From positions 1-46,529 of the IMG/VR virus record IMGVR_UViG_3300046062_000023: 46,529 nt of DNA. One strand, written 5' to 3'. Shown here piece by piece: positions 24,280 to 34,049 of this stretch (position 1 is its first letter; every line of letters starts with the position of its first letter). The position numbers and the translations under genes were made by a program. The notes beneath the pieces were generated by a model that saw only the letters and a list, made by a program, of their open reading frames with translations, was not told the DNA's origin and ran no database searches. Source of the DNA: a virus. Taxonomy: Duplodnaviria; Caudoviricetes.

Positions 24280-25989
24280 ATGAGTTCCACGGACGACAGC
24301 CCAGACCTCGACCCGAGCAGGTACACCACCGGCCCAAACCGGTACGTTCGGTTCGCCGAGGACCATCTCGGGCTCGAGCTGGCCGACACCCAGAAGCGGC
24401 TGCTACGGGCGGCCGCCCAGCACCGCTACGTGCTGATCCAATCGGGGAACGGCGTCGGAAAGTCCTACGGCGTCTCCGCGCTCAACATCGCATTTCTGTA
24501 CTCGAACATCGACAGCGAGAACCAGACGACGTCTGGCTCGTACTCCCAGTTGGAGGACACGATGTGGCGGCCCATGAAGTCGATCTGGAAGCAGACGTCG
24601 CTGCCGGGCCGCACGATCGACTCGAACCCGTACCGGCTCGACATCGACGACTCGTGGTACTGGAAGGCCGTCTCGCCTCGGTATCCTGACGACCTCGAGG
24701 GGCGGCACGCAGGCGAGATGCTGATGGTCATCGAGGAGGCCGATAAGCCCTCGATCCACGAGGACCACTTCCAGTCGGCCGAGTCGAACATCACCGACGC
24801 GAACGACCGGATGGTCGCCATCTGTAACCCGCCGCGGGGCGAGGACAACATCGTCTACGAGAAGCTCCGCAACGCGAAGTGGCATGTCATCCAGTTCTCC
24901 AGCTTCGAGTCCCACAACGTCCTCGTCGACGCCGGCAAGCTCGACGCCGAGCACATCCCCGGCCTGGTCGACCTCCCGAAGATCGCCGAGGACTGGGAGG
25001 ACGATAACAACGAGCCGTGGCCCGGCGTTCAGGAGGCCTGGGACGGCGACTACCCCGGCGTTGGCATCCTACTCGACCGGATCGAGACGGGCGACCTCGA
25101 GCGCGACAAGCTGATCGAGGCGCTCCGCCCGGGCTTCGAGACTGCGCTTCGGATGTCCGCCCCCCGGCTCGACGAGGACGGCGAGCCGACGTTCGAGCAG
25201 GACCCGGACCTCCGGCCGAACCCCGACTTCCGGAACGACCTGAACGAGGAGTGGTACCGGCGGCGCGCCGGGATCATCCCTCCGGACGGGGCCGAGTCCT
25301 ATCGGCCGTTCTACGTCGACGAGGTCCGCACCTGCGTCGACGAGAACGAAGTCCCCGATCGCAACGAGTGGGGCGAGCTGCTCGGCGTCGCCGTCGACGT
25401 CGCGCGGAAGGGTGGCGACTCGACGGTGGTCACCGTCATCTACGAGCACGTCGCTCAGGTGACGTCCTGGAAAAAAGTCGACCACAACGAGAACTACAGC
25501 CGCGTCCGGGACATCGTCGACGACCTCGAGTTCGTCCCGCAGATGGCGGTCGACGCCGTCGGCGAGGGCTCGGGCCTGGCGGACGACCTGGTTGAGGCGT
25601 ACGGCGGGAAGACGGTCGCCCGGTTCAAGTCCGGCGCCGCGCCGGAGGAGGAGCAGATCGGCGACGGCGACGGGGCCGACGAGTACTACGACAAGTGGAC
25701 CGAGGGTCTGAATGCCCTCAGCCAGCACCTCCCGGAGATCGCGATCGTCAGCGACACCGAGGACGTGGCAGACCTCCGCGAGGAACTGTTCGCGGCCGCC
25801 CGGACGATCGAGCTGGAGGAACGCCGGCGTCGCTCGGGCGACCTCGTGAAGGCCACCCCGAAGGACGAGGTGAAGCAGCGCCTCGGGCGCTCGCCTGACC
25901 GCCTGGACTCCCTGATGATGGGGGCCTGGGCGGCCGAGGGGTGCGCCGCCGAGGAGAACTCCGGCGAAGGGTTCCTTATCAGTCAGTAA
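24280..25989 (+). CDS. terL: Terminase large subunit
   Basis: GNGVGKS, VIEEAD, CNP, AVDVARKGGDST, SPDRLDSL. Confidence 0.92.
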   Translation: MSSTDDSPDLDPSRYTTGPNRYVRFAEDHLGLELADTQKRLLRAAAQHRYVLIQSGNGVGKSYGVSALNIAFLYSNIDSENQTTSGSYSQLEDTMWRPMKSIWKQTSLPGRTIDSNPYRLDIDDSWYWKAVSPRYPDDLEGRHAGEMLMVIEEADKPSIHEDHFQSAESNITDANDRMVAICNPPRGEDNIVYEKLRNAKWHVIQFSSFESHNVLVDAGKLDAEHIPGLVDLPKIAEDWEDDNNEPWPGVQEAWDGDYPGVGILLDRIETGDLERDKLIEALRPGFETALRMSAPRLDEDGEPTFEQDPDLRPNPDFRNDLNEEWYRRRAGIIPPDGAESYRPFYVDEVRTCVDENEVPDRNEWGELLGVAVDVARKGGDSTVVTVIYEHVAQVTSWKKVDHNENYSRVRDIVDDLEFVPQMAVDAVGEGSGLADDLVEAYGGKTVARFKSGAAPEEEQIGDGDGADEYYDKWTEGLNALSQHLPEIAIVSDTEDVADLREELFAAARTIELEERRRRSGDLVKATPKDEVKQRLGRSPDRLDSLMMGAWAAEGCAAEENSGEGFLISQ

Positions 25990-25991
25990 TC

Positions 25992-27638
25992 ATGAGCATC
26001 AGAGACAGACTCCGCGGAGGCATCGAGCAACTGGCACCATCGGCCTCGGGCGACGGCGACGAGCCGGCTCCTCGAGGAGAGCACCGACGCTCCGAGTACG
26101 TCCGCGACGAGGACGGCGATCAGGGATTCCTCTCGTGGGTCCTGGGCTACTCGAACGGCTCGCCATCGGACGAGGCGGTGACGTCCGAGCGGCGGCCGCC
26201 GCCGGCGACGATCGACGAGTACTGGACCCAGTACTACGAGCAGTTCGCGCTCACCCGCGCCCCGCTGAACGACTTCTCGTCGTCGGTGGTCGCGCCCGGC
26301 TACCGGATCCGCGTCCGCGACTCAAACGGCGAGCGCGACGAGGACATGGAAGAGGCCCTGAAGCTGTGGGCGGAGAACTGCGTCATCCACGCCGGGGAAC
26401 TCGGCCACGACCTCCGGATCCTTCTTGAACAGATCCCGAAAAAGCGCCGCGGGAAGGGGACGGAACTCGTCGAGAAGGTCGGCACCGACACTGACCCCGA
26501 CGCAGTCGTGGCGCTGATGACGCTCGACCCGTCGACGTTCAAGTTCCACACCCGGGAGCGCCAGCCGATCCTCACCCAGCCCGATGACGATGTCCACGAG
26601 AAGCACCCCCGGACGCCGACGGGGAAGGCGGCGGCGTACACGCAGTATCACGAGGATGTCGTCCAGTCGGGGACCGACAAGGACCCCATCCACTTCTCCG
26701 TCGACGATGTGATCAAGTTCACCTGGGACGTCGACGACGGCGAGGTCTGGGGGACATCGATATACGAGTCGATCAACGACCGGATCGACGCCCTGCTGCA
26801 GAAGCTCGATGACCGGGACTTCGCCATCCGCCAGACAGGCTACCCGCACCGGATCTACTCCAGCGACAACTGGTCGATGGGGCAGGCCGAAGAGTACGCC
26901 GAGGCCCACCACGAGGGCGACGTCTCCTCAGAGTACGGCCCCGATGACGACGACAAGCGTGGGGGCGAACAGCAGTCGTTCGCCGGCCGCGTCGACTTCG
27001 TCCCGCACGAGGTGAACGTTCAGGTCGAGAGCGGGGATGTCCCCGACCTTGAGGACCCGATCCGGGACGACGTCGAGCAGATCTTTGCGGTGATGCCCGT
27101 CGGGAAGTACCAGATCGCGTACGCCGACGACCTCAACCAGTTCGTGGTCGACCCGCAGCGGGAGAAGGACGAAGAGGCGATCGACGACGAGCGCCGGTAC
27201 CTCGAGCGGAAATTCCAGCCGGTCATCCAAGAGAAGGCCGACGAGCTCGCGAGCGGCGCGCGGTACGACGGCGAGGTCTCCTTCGCGATCGAGCCGCCCG
27301 AGGACGAGAACCCGCTCCGTCGCGAGAGCTTCCCGGCCGACAACCTGCAGACGTTCGCCAACGCCTGGAAGGCGTTCAAGCAGGGCAACGTCGAGCAGGA
27401 CCTCCCGGCGGAAGCGTTCGCCGAGTTCTCTGGCTTCGACTTGGAGGAGAAGCAGGAGGAGTACGAGTGGGAAGCGGACCCGCTCGAGATCGACGACGGT
27501 CAGGACACGCCGGGAGCGATGGAGGGGATCGCCCCCGATGAGGACGACGAGAGCGGCGAGGGCGACGATGAGGAGGATGAGGACGGCGGCGAGGACGGGG
27601 AGGAGACCGAGGACGGCGATGACGAAGAGGAGGGCTGA
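25992..27638 (+). CDS. Portal protein
   Basis: Position after terL, about 550 aa, WGTS.YES, acidic tail. Confidence 0.8.
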   Translation: MSIRDRLRGGIEQLAPSASGDGDEPAPRGEHRRSEYVRDEDGDQGFLSWVLGYSNGSPSDEAVTSERRPPPATIDEYWTQYYEQFALTRAPLNDFSSSVVAPGYRIRVRDSNGERDEDMEEALKLWAENCVIHAGELGHDLRILLEQIPKKRRGKGTELVEKVGTDTDPDAVVALMTLDPSTFKFHTRERQPILTQPDDDVHEKHPRTPTGKAAAYTQYHEDVVQSGTDKDPIHFSVDDVIKFTWDVDDGEVWGTSIYESINDRIDALLQKLDDRDFAIRQTGYPHRIYSSDNWSMGQAEEYAEAHHEGDVSSEYGPDDDDKRGGEQQSFAGRVDFVPHEVNVQVESGDVPDLEDPIRDDVEQIFAVMPVGKYQIAYADDLNQFVVDPQREKDEEAIDDERRYLERKFQPVIQEKADELASGARYDGEVSFAIEPPEDENPLRRESFPADNLQTFANAWKAFKQGNVEQDLPAEAFAEFSGFDLEEKQEEYEWEADPLEIDDGQDTPGAMEGIAPDEDDESGEGDDEEDEDGGEDGEETEDGDDEEEG

Positions 27639-28789
27639 TGAGCGCGAGTTCAGACCCCGGGGGCGGCCCGTGGGAGACGATATCCGGGCCGTCTGACGTC
27701 GACGCACTCGGCGAGCAGCTCGCGGCCGGCGCTGCGACGCTCGCCGGCGTCGAGCAACTCCAGGACGAGCACGCCCGCCCGACGAAGCCCGGGGGCCGGG
27801 ACGCCCACGCGAACGACCCCTCGCAGACGACCACCATCCAGCGGAAGTACGCCCAGAAGCTCCGGGGGCGCTTCGCGACGATCCGGGCGGAGATCCGCCG
27901 GGGCGTCGCCGAGCGTGACGTCCTCGCCATCGCCGACGATGACGGCGAGGGGACGTCGCTATCGGACATCCTCGCGGCCGGGGACGCACCGGACGAGGTC
28001 CGGGAGCGGTTCGTCGACCTGCTGGCCGATCAGCAGTGCGATGCCGCCCGGGACCTCGTCGAGCAGCTGGCCGATGACTTCGACGCGGACGACCTGGTCG
28101 CTCGAGACTTCGAGTTCGACCGGCTCTCCCGGAAGCACGAGGCGTTCATGGAGTGGTTGCGCGGCCAACAGGAGGCGGGCGTTCTGGACATCATCTCTCG
28201 CGAGGAGAACACGTACGTCCGGTCGGCCTACGAGCGCGGCATCAAGAACGCGAACGGCTGGATGGAGGAGGACCCGATCGACGCGGACGTCGCGACCGCG
28301 ATCCGGCGCCCCATCCACCGCGACCGGCTGGCGCTCCTCTACGAGCGCAACTTCGAGGCGCTCCAGGGGATCACCCAGGAGGTCTCCCGGCAGATCTCCC
28401 GCGAGCTCGCCGGCGGCCTCGCCGAAGGCGTCCATCCCGACGAGATGGCGCGCCGGCTCACCAGCCGCGTCGACGCGATCGGGCGGACGCGGGCGACGAC
28501 GCTCGCTCGGACCGAGGTGATGTACTCGCACAACGAGGCCACCATCTCACAGTACGAGCGCGTCCTCGGCGAAGACACCCAGGTTCAGGTTCTCGCAGAG
28601 ATCTCGACGTCGGGCGACCAGCACGTCTGCGACATCTGCACGCCCTGGGACGGCCGGACGCTCGAGCTGAACGAGGCCCGCAGCGACGGTCCCCCGTTCC
28701 ACCCGCGCTGCCGGTGCATCGTCCGGCCGAAGACGACCTCCTCGGGCTCGAGCCCGGCGGCCACGACATCGACGCCGACCGCGTCGTGA
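27638..28789 (+). CDS. Minor head protein (SPP1 gp7/MuF family)
   Basis: RATTLARTE, VCDIC..DG, PPFHPRCRC. Confidence 0.9.
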   Translation: MSASSDPGGGPWETISGPSDVDALGEQLAAGAATLAGVEQLQDEHARPTKPGGRDAHANDPSQTTTIQRKYAQKLRGRFATIRAEIRRGVAERDVLAIADDDGEGTSLSDILAAGDAPDEVRERFVDLLADQQCDAARDLVEQLADDFDADDLVARDFEFDRLSRKHEAFMEWLRGQQEAGVLDIISREENTYVRSAYERGIKNANGWMEEDPIDADVATAIRRPIHRDRLALLYERNFEALQGITQEVSRQISRELAGGLAEGVHPDEMARRLTSRVDAIGRTRATTLARTEVMYSHNEATISQYERVLGEDTQVQVLAEISTSGDQHVCDICTPWDGRTLELNEARSDGPPFHPRCRCIVRPKTTSSGSSPAATTSTPTAS

Positions 28790-28798
28790 TCGGCGTCG

Positions 28799-28864
28799 GC
28801 GAGCGGACCGCGTCCGATGGTTTCCCGCCACGAGGCGGGCCGGGTTCGATTCCCGGCGTGCGCA
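28799..28864 (+). ncRNA. tRNA-like element 3 (66 nt, truncated cloverleaf)
   Basis: GCGAGCG/CGTGCGC+A (one mismatch); CCCGCC-acga-GGCGGG; CCGGG-TTCGATT-CCCGG. Confidence 0.6.
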
Positions 28865-28880
28865 TCAGGTATGACCTGAC

Positions 28881-30506
28881 ATGACCGACCCCAACGACCC
28901 TGAACAGGCCGAGACGCTGGCGGGCGGCATCGCCTCGATCGACGAGGACGACGAGGACCAGCAGGTCCGGATCGTCCCGATCGGCGAGGGCGACGTCACC
29001 CGCGGCGGCTCGGAAAAAAAGACCTACTGGGACCGCGAGACGCTCCGAGCGGGCGTCGAGAACGGCGCGTTCGACGACGCGAAGCTCCTGAAGGGGCGTC
29101 CCGGAGAGGGCCACAAGGACATGCTTGAGCAGGCCGACCCCGACGAGATCGTCGGCGGTGCTGGTTCGTTCGAGTACGAGAATGGCGTCGGCCCCGTGTC
29201 GGAAGACGCGGAAGTGCTCGACGACCACCTCGCCAACCTGGTCGAGGCGGGCCTCGTTGAGGTGTCACCCGACATGTGGCGCGTCCTCGGGGAGTACGAC
29301 GAGGAACTCGGCGCGTACCGCGTCGATGAGATCCTCGACGTCCCGTACATCACGATCCTCGACCGTGGGGCCTCGGAGGGCGCATCGATCGAGGCGAAGT
29401 CCTCGGCGGAGGCGCTCGGCGTGGCGGCCGCAACGGCCTGGAGCGACCGGACGCCCGAGCTGGCCGAGACGCTCGGCGTCTCGGAGGCCGCGCTTGAGGA
29501 GCAGTTCGTCGACGTCGAAGACCCGGACGCGGAGCAGCTGGGGCGTCTGATGACGCTTCGGTTCAACGCCTACGGGGAGATGTTCGGCGACGGGTTCCTC
29601 GACGAGGCGGTGGAGAACCTGGAGGCAATCGACGGCGTCAGCGCGACGCGGTCGCAGACCCAGGACAACCCCGAACTCGTGGCGATCATCGACCGCGAGG
29701 GCGCGGACCTCGACGAACTCAACGGCGAGATCGTAGCGGCGCTCGATGACACCCCGTTTGAGGTCCATGAGGGCTACGACTGGGTCGAGGACGTCGCATT
29801 CGAGGGCCTCTCGATGCGTCTCGGTCCCGGAGGCGAACAGGCAGCGGACGAGCGGGCGGAATCCCGTGCGGGATCAGGGACAGACTCCACCGGCTCGTCC
29901 GGGGGAGACGGTCCTGACGACGGTACTACACCACACATGGCAGACCCGGAAGAACTCCAGGAGCAGCTCGCCGAGGTCCGATCCGAGAGGGACGACCTCA
30001 AGGACGACAAGGACGACCTCGAAGAGCAGCTCTCCGACAACGAGGAAACGATCGAACAACTGAACGAGCGGATCGAGGAACTCGAGGGCGAGGTGGAGCC
30101 GCTGGCGGAGATGCTCGCCGAGCTCGCCGCAGCGGACTCGCCGCTCTCGGCCGAGCAGCTCGCCGACCGCTTCGAGCCGTCCGAACTCGTCGAGACGCTG
30201 GCGGTCGACGCCGGCTGGGACGAGGACGACGACGAGGAACCAGTCGATATCGTCCGCGAACAGCTCGCGGGCTCGCCGACGCCGCGGGGGGAGGCGGATG
30301 ACCCCGGCGACCCCGGGGGCGATTTCTCCGACGACGAGCTCGAGCAGGCCGAGCAGCTCGCCGACGAGGTGATGAACGCGAGCGACGCACTCGCCGCCGA
30401 CGGTTCAAACCGCGAGTACCTCCAGCAGACGTACGACGTCGACCCCGCGGAGTACAACGACGTCGAGCAGCTGCGCAGTGCGGTCCGCAGCGAGGACGGT
30501 GACTGA
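28881..30506 (+). CDS. Prohead protease/scaffold fusion (possible internal start at 29937)
   Basis: Position before capsid genes; globular N-domain (GH..VG..EVSP..RGA) and acidic coiled-coil C-terminus. Confidence 0.65.
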   Translation: MTDPNDPEQAETLAGGIASIDEDDEDQQVRIVPIGEGDVTRGGSEKKTYWDRETLRAGVENGAFDDAKLLKGRPGEGHKDMLEQADPDEIVGGAGSFEYENGVGPVSEDAEVLDDHLANLVEAGLVEVSPDMWRVLGEYDEELGAYRVDEILDVPYITILDRGASEGASIEAKSSAEALGVAAATAWSDRTPELAETLGVSEAALEEQFVDVEDPDAEQLGRLMTLRFNAYGEMFGDGFLDEAVENLEAIDGVSATRSQTQDNPELVAIIDREGADLDELNGEIVAALDDTPFEVHEGYDWVEDVAFEGLSMRLGPGGEQAADERAESRAGSGTDSTGSSGGDGPDDGTTPHMADPEELQEQLAEVRSERDDLKDDKDDLEEQLSDNEETIEQLNERIEELEGEVEPLAEMLAELAAADSPLSAEQLADRFEPSELVETLAVDAGWDEDDDEEPVDIVREQLAGSPTPRGEADDPGDPGGDFSDDELEQAEQLADEVMNASDALAADGSNREYLQQTYDVDPAEYNDVEQLRSAVRSEDGD

Positions 30507-30508
30507 TC

Positions 30509-30967
30509 ATGACGCAGGGAGACCTCAGACTCTACGAACCAGGCGAAGCGATCCCGGTCACGCTCCGGGCCGACGGCGCTGGCGCGGTCGCCGAGCGCGG
30601 TGACCCTGTCCAGCTCGTCGGCGAGGACGCCGGGCGGACGCTCGGCGAACTGCCGGCGGAGGCCGGCGCGGCGATCGGCGCGCTCGCGCGCGAACCAGAA
30701 GAGTACGACCCGGACACGGCGTACGGGAACAACGAAGAGATCGGCACCGCAACGGTGCTCGCAGAGGGTCCCGTCGACTGGTACGAGGAAGTCGATGGCG
30801 AAGGACTCGCCGTCGGCGACCTCGTGGTGCTGACCGCCGACGGCGTCCGCGCGTACGACAGCGCGGGGGGCGACACGTCGGAGATGATCCTCGGTCGCGT
30901 CTTCGCGACGGGGACTCGCGCGTCGGCGATGACCGCCAACAAGATCGCCGTTCTTCGGCGGGCCTAA
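30509..30967 (+). CDS. Head decoration/cement protein
   Basis: 152 aa, Gly/Ala beta-rich, between scaffold and MCP. Confidence 0.6.
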   Translation: MTQGDLRLYEPGEAIPVTLRADGAGAVAERGDPVQLVGEDAGRTLGELPAEAGAAIGALAREPEEYDPDTAYGNNEEIGTATVLAEGPVDWYEEVDGEGLAVGDLVVLTADGVRAYDSAGGDTSEMILGRVFATGTRASAMTANKIAVLRRA

Positions 30968-30983
30968 ACCATAGGAAACGCAC

Positions 30984-32120
30984 ATGGCACGACTTACTTT
31001 CCAGAAGGCGGGACTGCTCTCGCCGAAGACGCTACGTGAAGAGATCGTTCAGGACGTCGACCAGCTCGAGTTCATCACCGGAACCGACCGGATGGCCTCG
31101 GCGAACTCGATCTTCCCAGCGGTGGACCTCGACGCACCTGAAGAGAACTACTTCTCGATCGGCGGCGCCGTCGGGACGATGCAGCACGTCCCGTACGCGT
31201 CGGAATCGCCGATCGGGACCCTCGGCGACATCGACGAGAACTCCGTGACGACCAAGGGGTACAAGGAGAAGATGGCCCCCGAGAAGGAGACGGACACGAA
31301 GCTCAACTCCGAGCGCGACATCCTCTCCCTCTACCGCTGGGCCGCACGCCAGCTCCGCGCGACCACGTTCCTCACCCGGGAGAAGGTCGCGTGGCGCGGT
31401 GACGAGGTCACGGACGGCCTGATCGGCACGACGGGAGACGCTGCTCACCCGAACCTCCCGGGCGATCACGTCCTCCAGCCGGCGACGGCGTACTCGGATC
31501 ACGCCAACGCGAAGCCCTACGAGGACCTCGCGACGGCGTCCCTCCTGCTGAAGCAGACCCAGCAGGGCTTCTTCGACCAGAACATCGAGATCGAGCCGCG
31601 GATGTACGTCACGCCGAGCATCTGGCACGACCTCAAGATGAACGAGGACCTGAAAGACAGGTTCTCGGGCGTCGAGGTCCGCGGCCTCTCTGGCGAGCAG
31701 GTCGAGCGGCTCATCGACTCGGAGATCCCGAACATCCGCGAGGTCCGGGCGCAGATCCCCCGGACGGACGCGAACGGGAACTTCCTCGACGACAACGGCA
31801 ACATCGTCGAGGACGTCGACAACGCCGTGCTCGACAACGTCCTCGAGCCGTACGACCCGGCCGCTGGCACCACTCGGCGGAACATCGTCATCGGCCGCCC
31901 CGGCCCGACGGCGTTCATGCCGTGGTTCGGCGATAACATGGGCGACTTCGACGAGCCGGAGGCCCCAGAGACGCCGAACGTCGCGTTCGACGCGACACGC
32001 GGCTTCGGGACGCAGACCTGGGTCGGCGACGACCCGCGGGTCACCTGGCTGAAGGCGTTCCAGGACGTCGGCTTCCACCTGCAGCTGCCCGAGCACTGGC
32101 TCGTCATCCAGGACATCTGA
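30984..32120 (+). CDS. Major capsid protein (HK97 fold)
   Basis: 378 aa, position, strong codon bias. Confidence 0.8.
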   Translation: MARLTFQKAGLLSPKTLREEIVQDVDQLEFITGTDRMASANSIFPAVDLDAPEENYFSIGGAVGTMQHVPYASESPIGTLGDIDENSVTTKGYKEKMAPEKETDTKLNSERDILSLYRWAARQLRATTFLTREKVAWRGDEVTDGLIGTTGDAAHPNLPGDHVLQPATAYSDHANAKPYEDLATASLLLKQTQQGFFDQNIEIEPRMYVTPSIWHDLKMNEDLKDRFSGVEVRGLSGEQVERLIDSEIPNIREVRAQIPRTDANGNFLDDNGNIVEDVDNAVLDNVLEPYDPAAGTTRRNIVIGRPGPTAFMPWFGDNMGDFDEPEAPETPNVAFDATRGFGTQTWVGDDPRVTWLKAFQDVGFHLQLPEHWLVIQDI

Positions 32121-32133
32121 CGAGGTTCCTGAG

Positions 32134-32541
32134 ATGGCCAGACTCATCTGGACCGGCGGGACGTTCATCGACTCGGACCGCGGGTTCAAAACGATAGGCG
32201 GGGAGCACGAGTTCGACGACGAAGACCGCGTCGACGAGTACCTCGACCACCGCTCCGGCAACTGGGAGCGCGTCGAGAACCCGACCGACGCCACGGCCGA
32301 CGACGAGGCAGTGCCGGAAACAATCGACGAGGACGGCGACGACGTCGGCGGCGAGGATGACGTTCAGGAGGTCTCCGACGAGGAACTTCTGGAGGTCCTC
32401 GACGGCACTAACGACGAGGTCGCCGAGGCGCTCGCGACGGGCGAGTACGACGACCACCTCGACCGGCTGGCCGAGCTCGAGACCGACGGCAAGGATCGCA
32501 AGGGAGCAACCGACGCGATCGAAGAGCGACGCGAGGCGTAA
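32134..32541 (+). CDS. Acidic hypothetical virion-associated protein
   Basis: C-terminal E..GKDRKGA..AI motif common after MCP genes. Confidence 0.65.
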   Translation: MARLIWTGGTFIDSDRGFKTIGGEHEFDDEDRVDEYLDHRSGNWERVENPTDATADDEAVPETIDEDGDDVGGEDDVQEVSDEELLEVLDGTNDEVAEALATGEYDDHLDRLAELETDGKDRKGATDAIEERREA

Positions 32542-32544
32542 CCC

Positions 32545-32925
32545 ATGGCCAAGGATGAGGAGTATCGGACATCGGTCGAGCAGGTGAAGAGCGGCCGCTT
32601 CGAGACAGACCTCAACGACAAGGAGATCGTCGACCACATCGGTGCCGCGAACATGGAGGTCGACGACAAGCTGATGCACCGGGGGATGTCCGAGCGCCGC
32701 CTCGAGCGGATCGAGCGGAACCTCGCCCGGCACCGCATCAAGTTCCTCGTCGAGTCCGAGCGCGTCACGACGTCGGAGTCCACGGGGCCGATCTCCCGGG
32801 ACTTCGCCGGCGCGTTTGACGGCGAGTCGCTGAAGGCCACTCCGTACGGCCAGACGGCGATGGAGTACGACGAGTCCGGGACGCTCGGTCCCGGGAACGG
32901 CGACTTCTGGAGCGTGACAGCATGA
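32545..32925 (+). CDS. Head-tail adaptor
   Basis: LARH..SES.G.IS..F..L.ATPYGQ. Confidence 0.7.
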   Translation: MAKDEEYRTSVEQVKSGRFETDLNDKEIVDHIGAANMEVDDKLMHRGMSERRLERIERNLARHRIKFLVESERVTTSESTGPISRDFAGAFDGESLKATPYGQTAMEYDESGTLGPGNGDFWSVTA

Positions 32926-33311
32926 GTAGCGCGTCCTACCAGGCGAAGCGAACCCTCCGACGGGACGGCGTGGACGTCGACCTCTACCCGTACGAGGCCG
33001 ACGACGCGGCGTCGACGTCGCGAGGGACGCCCAACACGCTGCACGAGGACGCGCCGATCACCATCCCGGCGGTCCCGGACCCGGGCGGGAAGTCGGTCTC
33101 GTACGGCCAGTACGGCGTCGAAGTTGAGGCCGACATGGTCTACCTCGTCCACGAGGACGAGGCCGACCGGATCGACGACGGCGGCGGCGACGGTGCAACT
33201 CGCATCGTCCAGGACGGCGTCGCGTACGTCGTCCTCGACGCCGACCGCTCGCAGCGCCACGGGTTCCTCGTGCTGGAGTGCGACCGCGACACGGAGATCG
33301 ATCTACCATGA
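32922..33311 (+). CDS. Head closure protein
   Basis: Position, size, beta-rich. Confidence 0.6.
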   Translation: MSSASYQAKRTLRRDGVDVDLYPYEADDAASTSRGTPNTLHEDAPITIPAVPDPGGKSVSYGQYGVEVEADMVYLVHEDEADRIDDGGGDGATRIVQDGVAYVVLDADRSQRHGFLVLECDRDTEIDLP

Positions 33312-33595
33312 TCCAGAACTACGAGGACCTCAACCGAGAGGAGACGCTCGACGCCGTCGACGGCTTCGGGGCGTCCCGCCTCGCCGAGTTCATCGAGTTC
33401 GAGCGCGAGCATAAGGACCGATCGACGGTCCTGGAGCCACTCGAACGCGAACTCGTTCGGGTACGACCGACGGATCCCGGCCAGCAGTACGTCGCTGGCG
33501 TCTGGTTCGACGAGCCGGCCGATGCACAGACCGTCCGCCGCTCGGCCCGCATCGAGCGCGCGATCGAGGAGGGCGACCTCCTGGAGGCCGAGTGA
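33308..33595 (+). CDS. Hypothetical protein
   Basis: IQNYEDLN..FEREHKDRSTVL; ATGA overlap. Confidence 0.7.
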   Translation: MIQNYEDLNREETLDAVDGFGASRLAEFIEFEREHKDRSTVLEPLERELVRVRPTDPGQQYVAGVWFDEPADAQTVRRSARIERAIEEGDLLEAE

Positions 33596-33596
33596 G

Positions 33597-34043
33597 ATGG
33601 TCGACGACGAGAACAACTTCGACGAGGTCCGGGACGCCCTCGATGGCGGCCTTGCGGAAGGCCTCGTGGAGCTGCACTCGGAGACGCTCAGCCGGCTCGA
33701 CGAGAACATGCGGAACGGCCAGGACGCCCTCGGGCGAGACTGGAAGCCGATCCAGCCGGAGACCCTCCGGTCGCGGAAGGTCCGCACCGGCAACTCCGCG
33801 CCGCTCGTCGACACGAGCAACCTGCGAGGCGATATCCAGTCGACGTCCGAGGTCGACACCGGCCGCCTCGTGGCAGTCATCGGGACGTCGCTGGTCTACG
33901 GCGCCGTCCACGAGATGGGCGCACCGGAGGCGGGCATCCCTCGCCGCCCCATCTTCGCGCCGGCCGGGATCTACGCACGGAACCGGGCCGAGGACGTGAT
34001 CGGCCGCGAGATCGACACGCGCCTCGAGGGCGCGGAGCTCTGA
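33597..34043 (+). CDS. Neck / virion morphogenesis protein (Mu gpG-like)
   Basis: WKPI..T..RK..PLVDTSNL..IGTSLVYGAVHEMG..IPRRPIF. Confidence 0.8.
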   Translation: MVDDENNFDEVRDALDGGLAEGLVELHSETLSRLDENMRNGQDALGRDWKPIQPETLRSRKVRTGNSAPLVDTSNLRGDIQSTSEVDTGRLVAVIGTSLVYGAVHEMGAPEAGIPRRPIFAPAGIYARNRAEDVIGREIDTRLEGAEL

Positions 34044-34049
34044 TCCCAG

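Noticed and set aside
24950-25260. Intein in the TerL linker insertion or in the MTase insert
   Set aside because: No N-terminal C/S block with C-terminal HN-C/S/T and no LAGLIDADG motif recognised
27530-27636. GAG/GAC-rich low-complexity repeat
   Set aside because: Simply encodes the acidic portal tail
20684-28864. Calling the tRNA-like elements functional tRNA genes or attP
   Set aside because: No canonical 7-nt anticodon loop with U33, arms missing in two, and far from the recombinase; reported as mimics instead
30400-30413. CGGTTCAAACCG T-loop-like hairpin
   Set aside because: Inside a coding region, 6-nt loop, no acceptor stem
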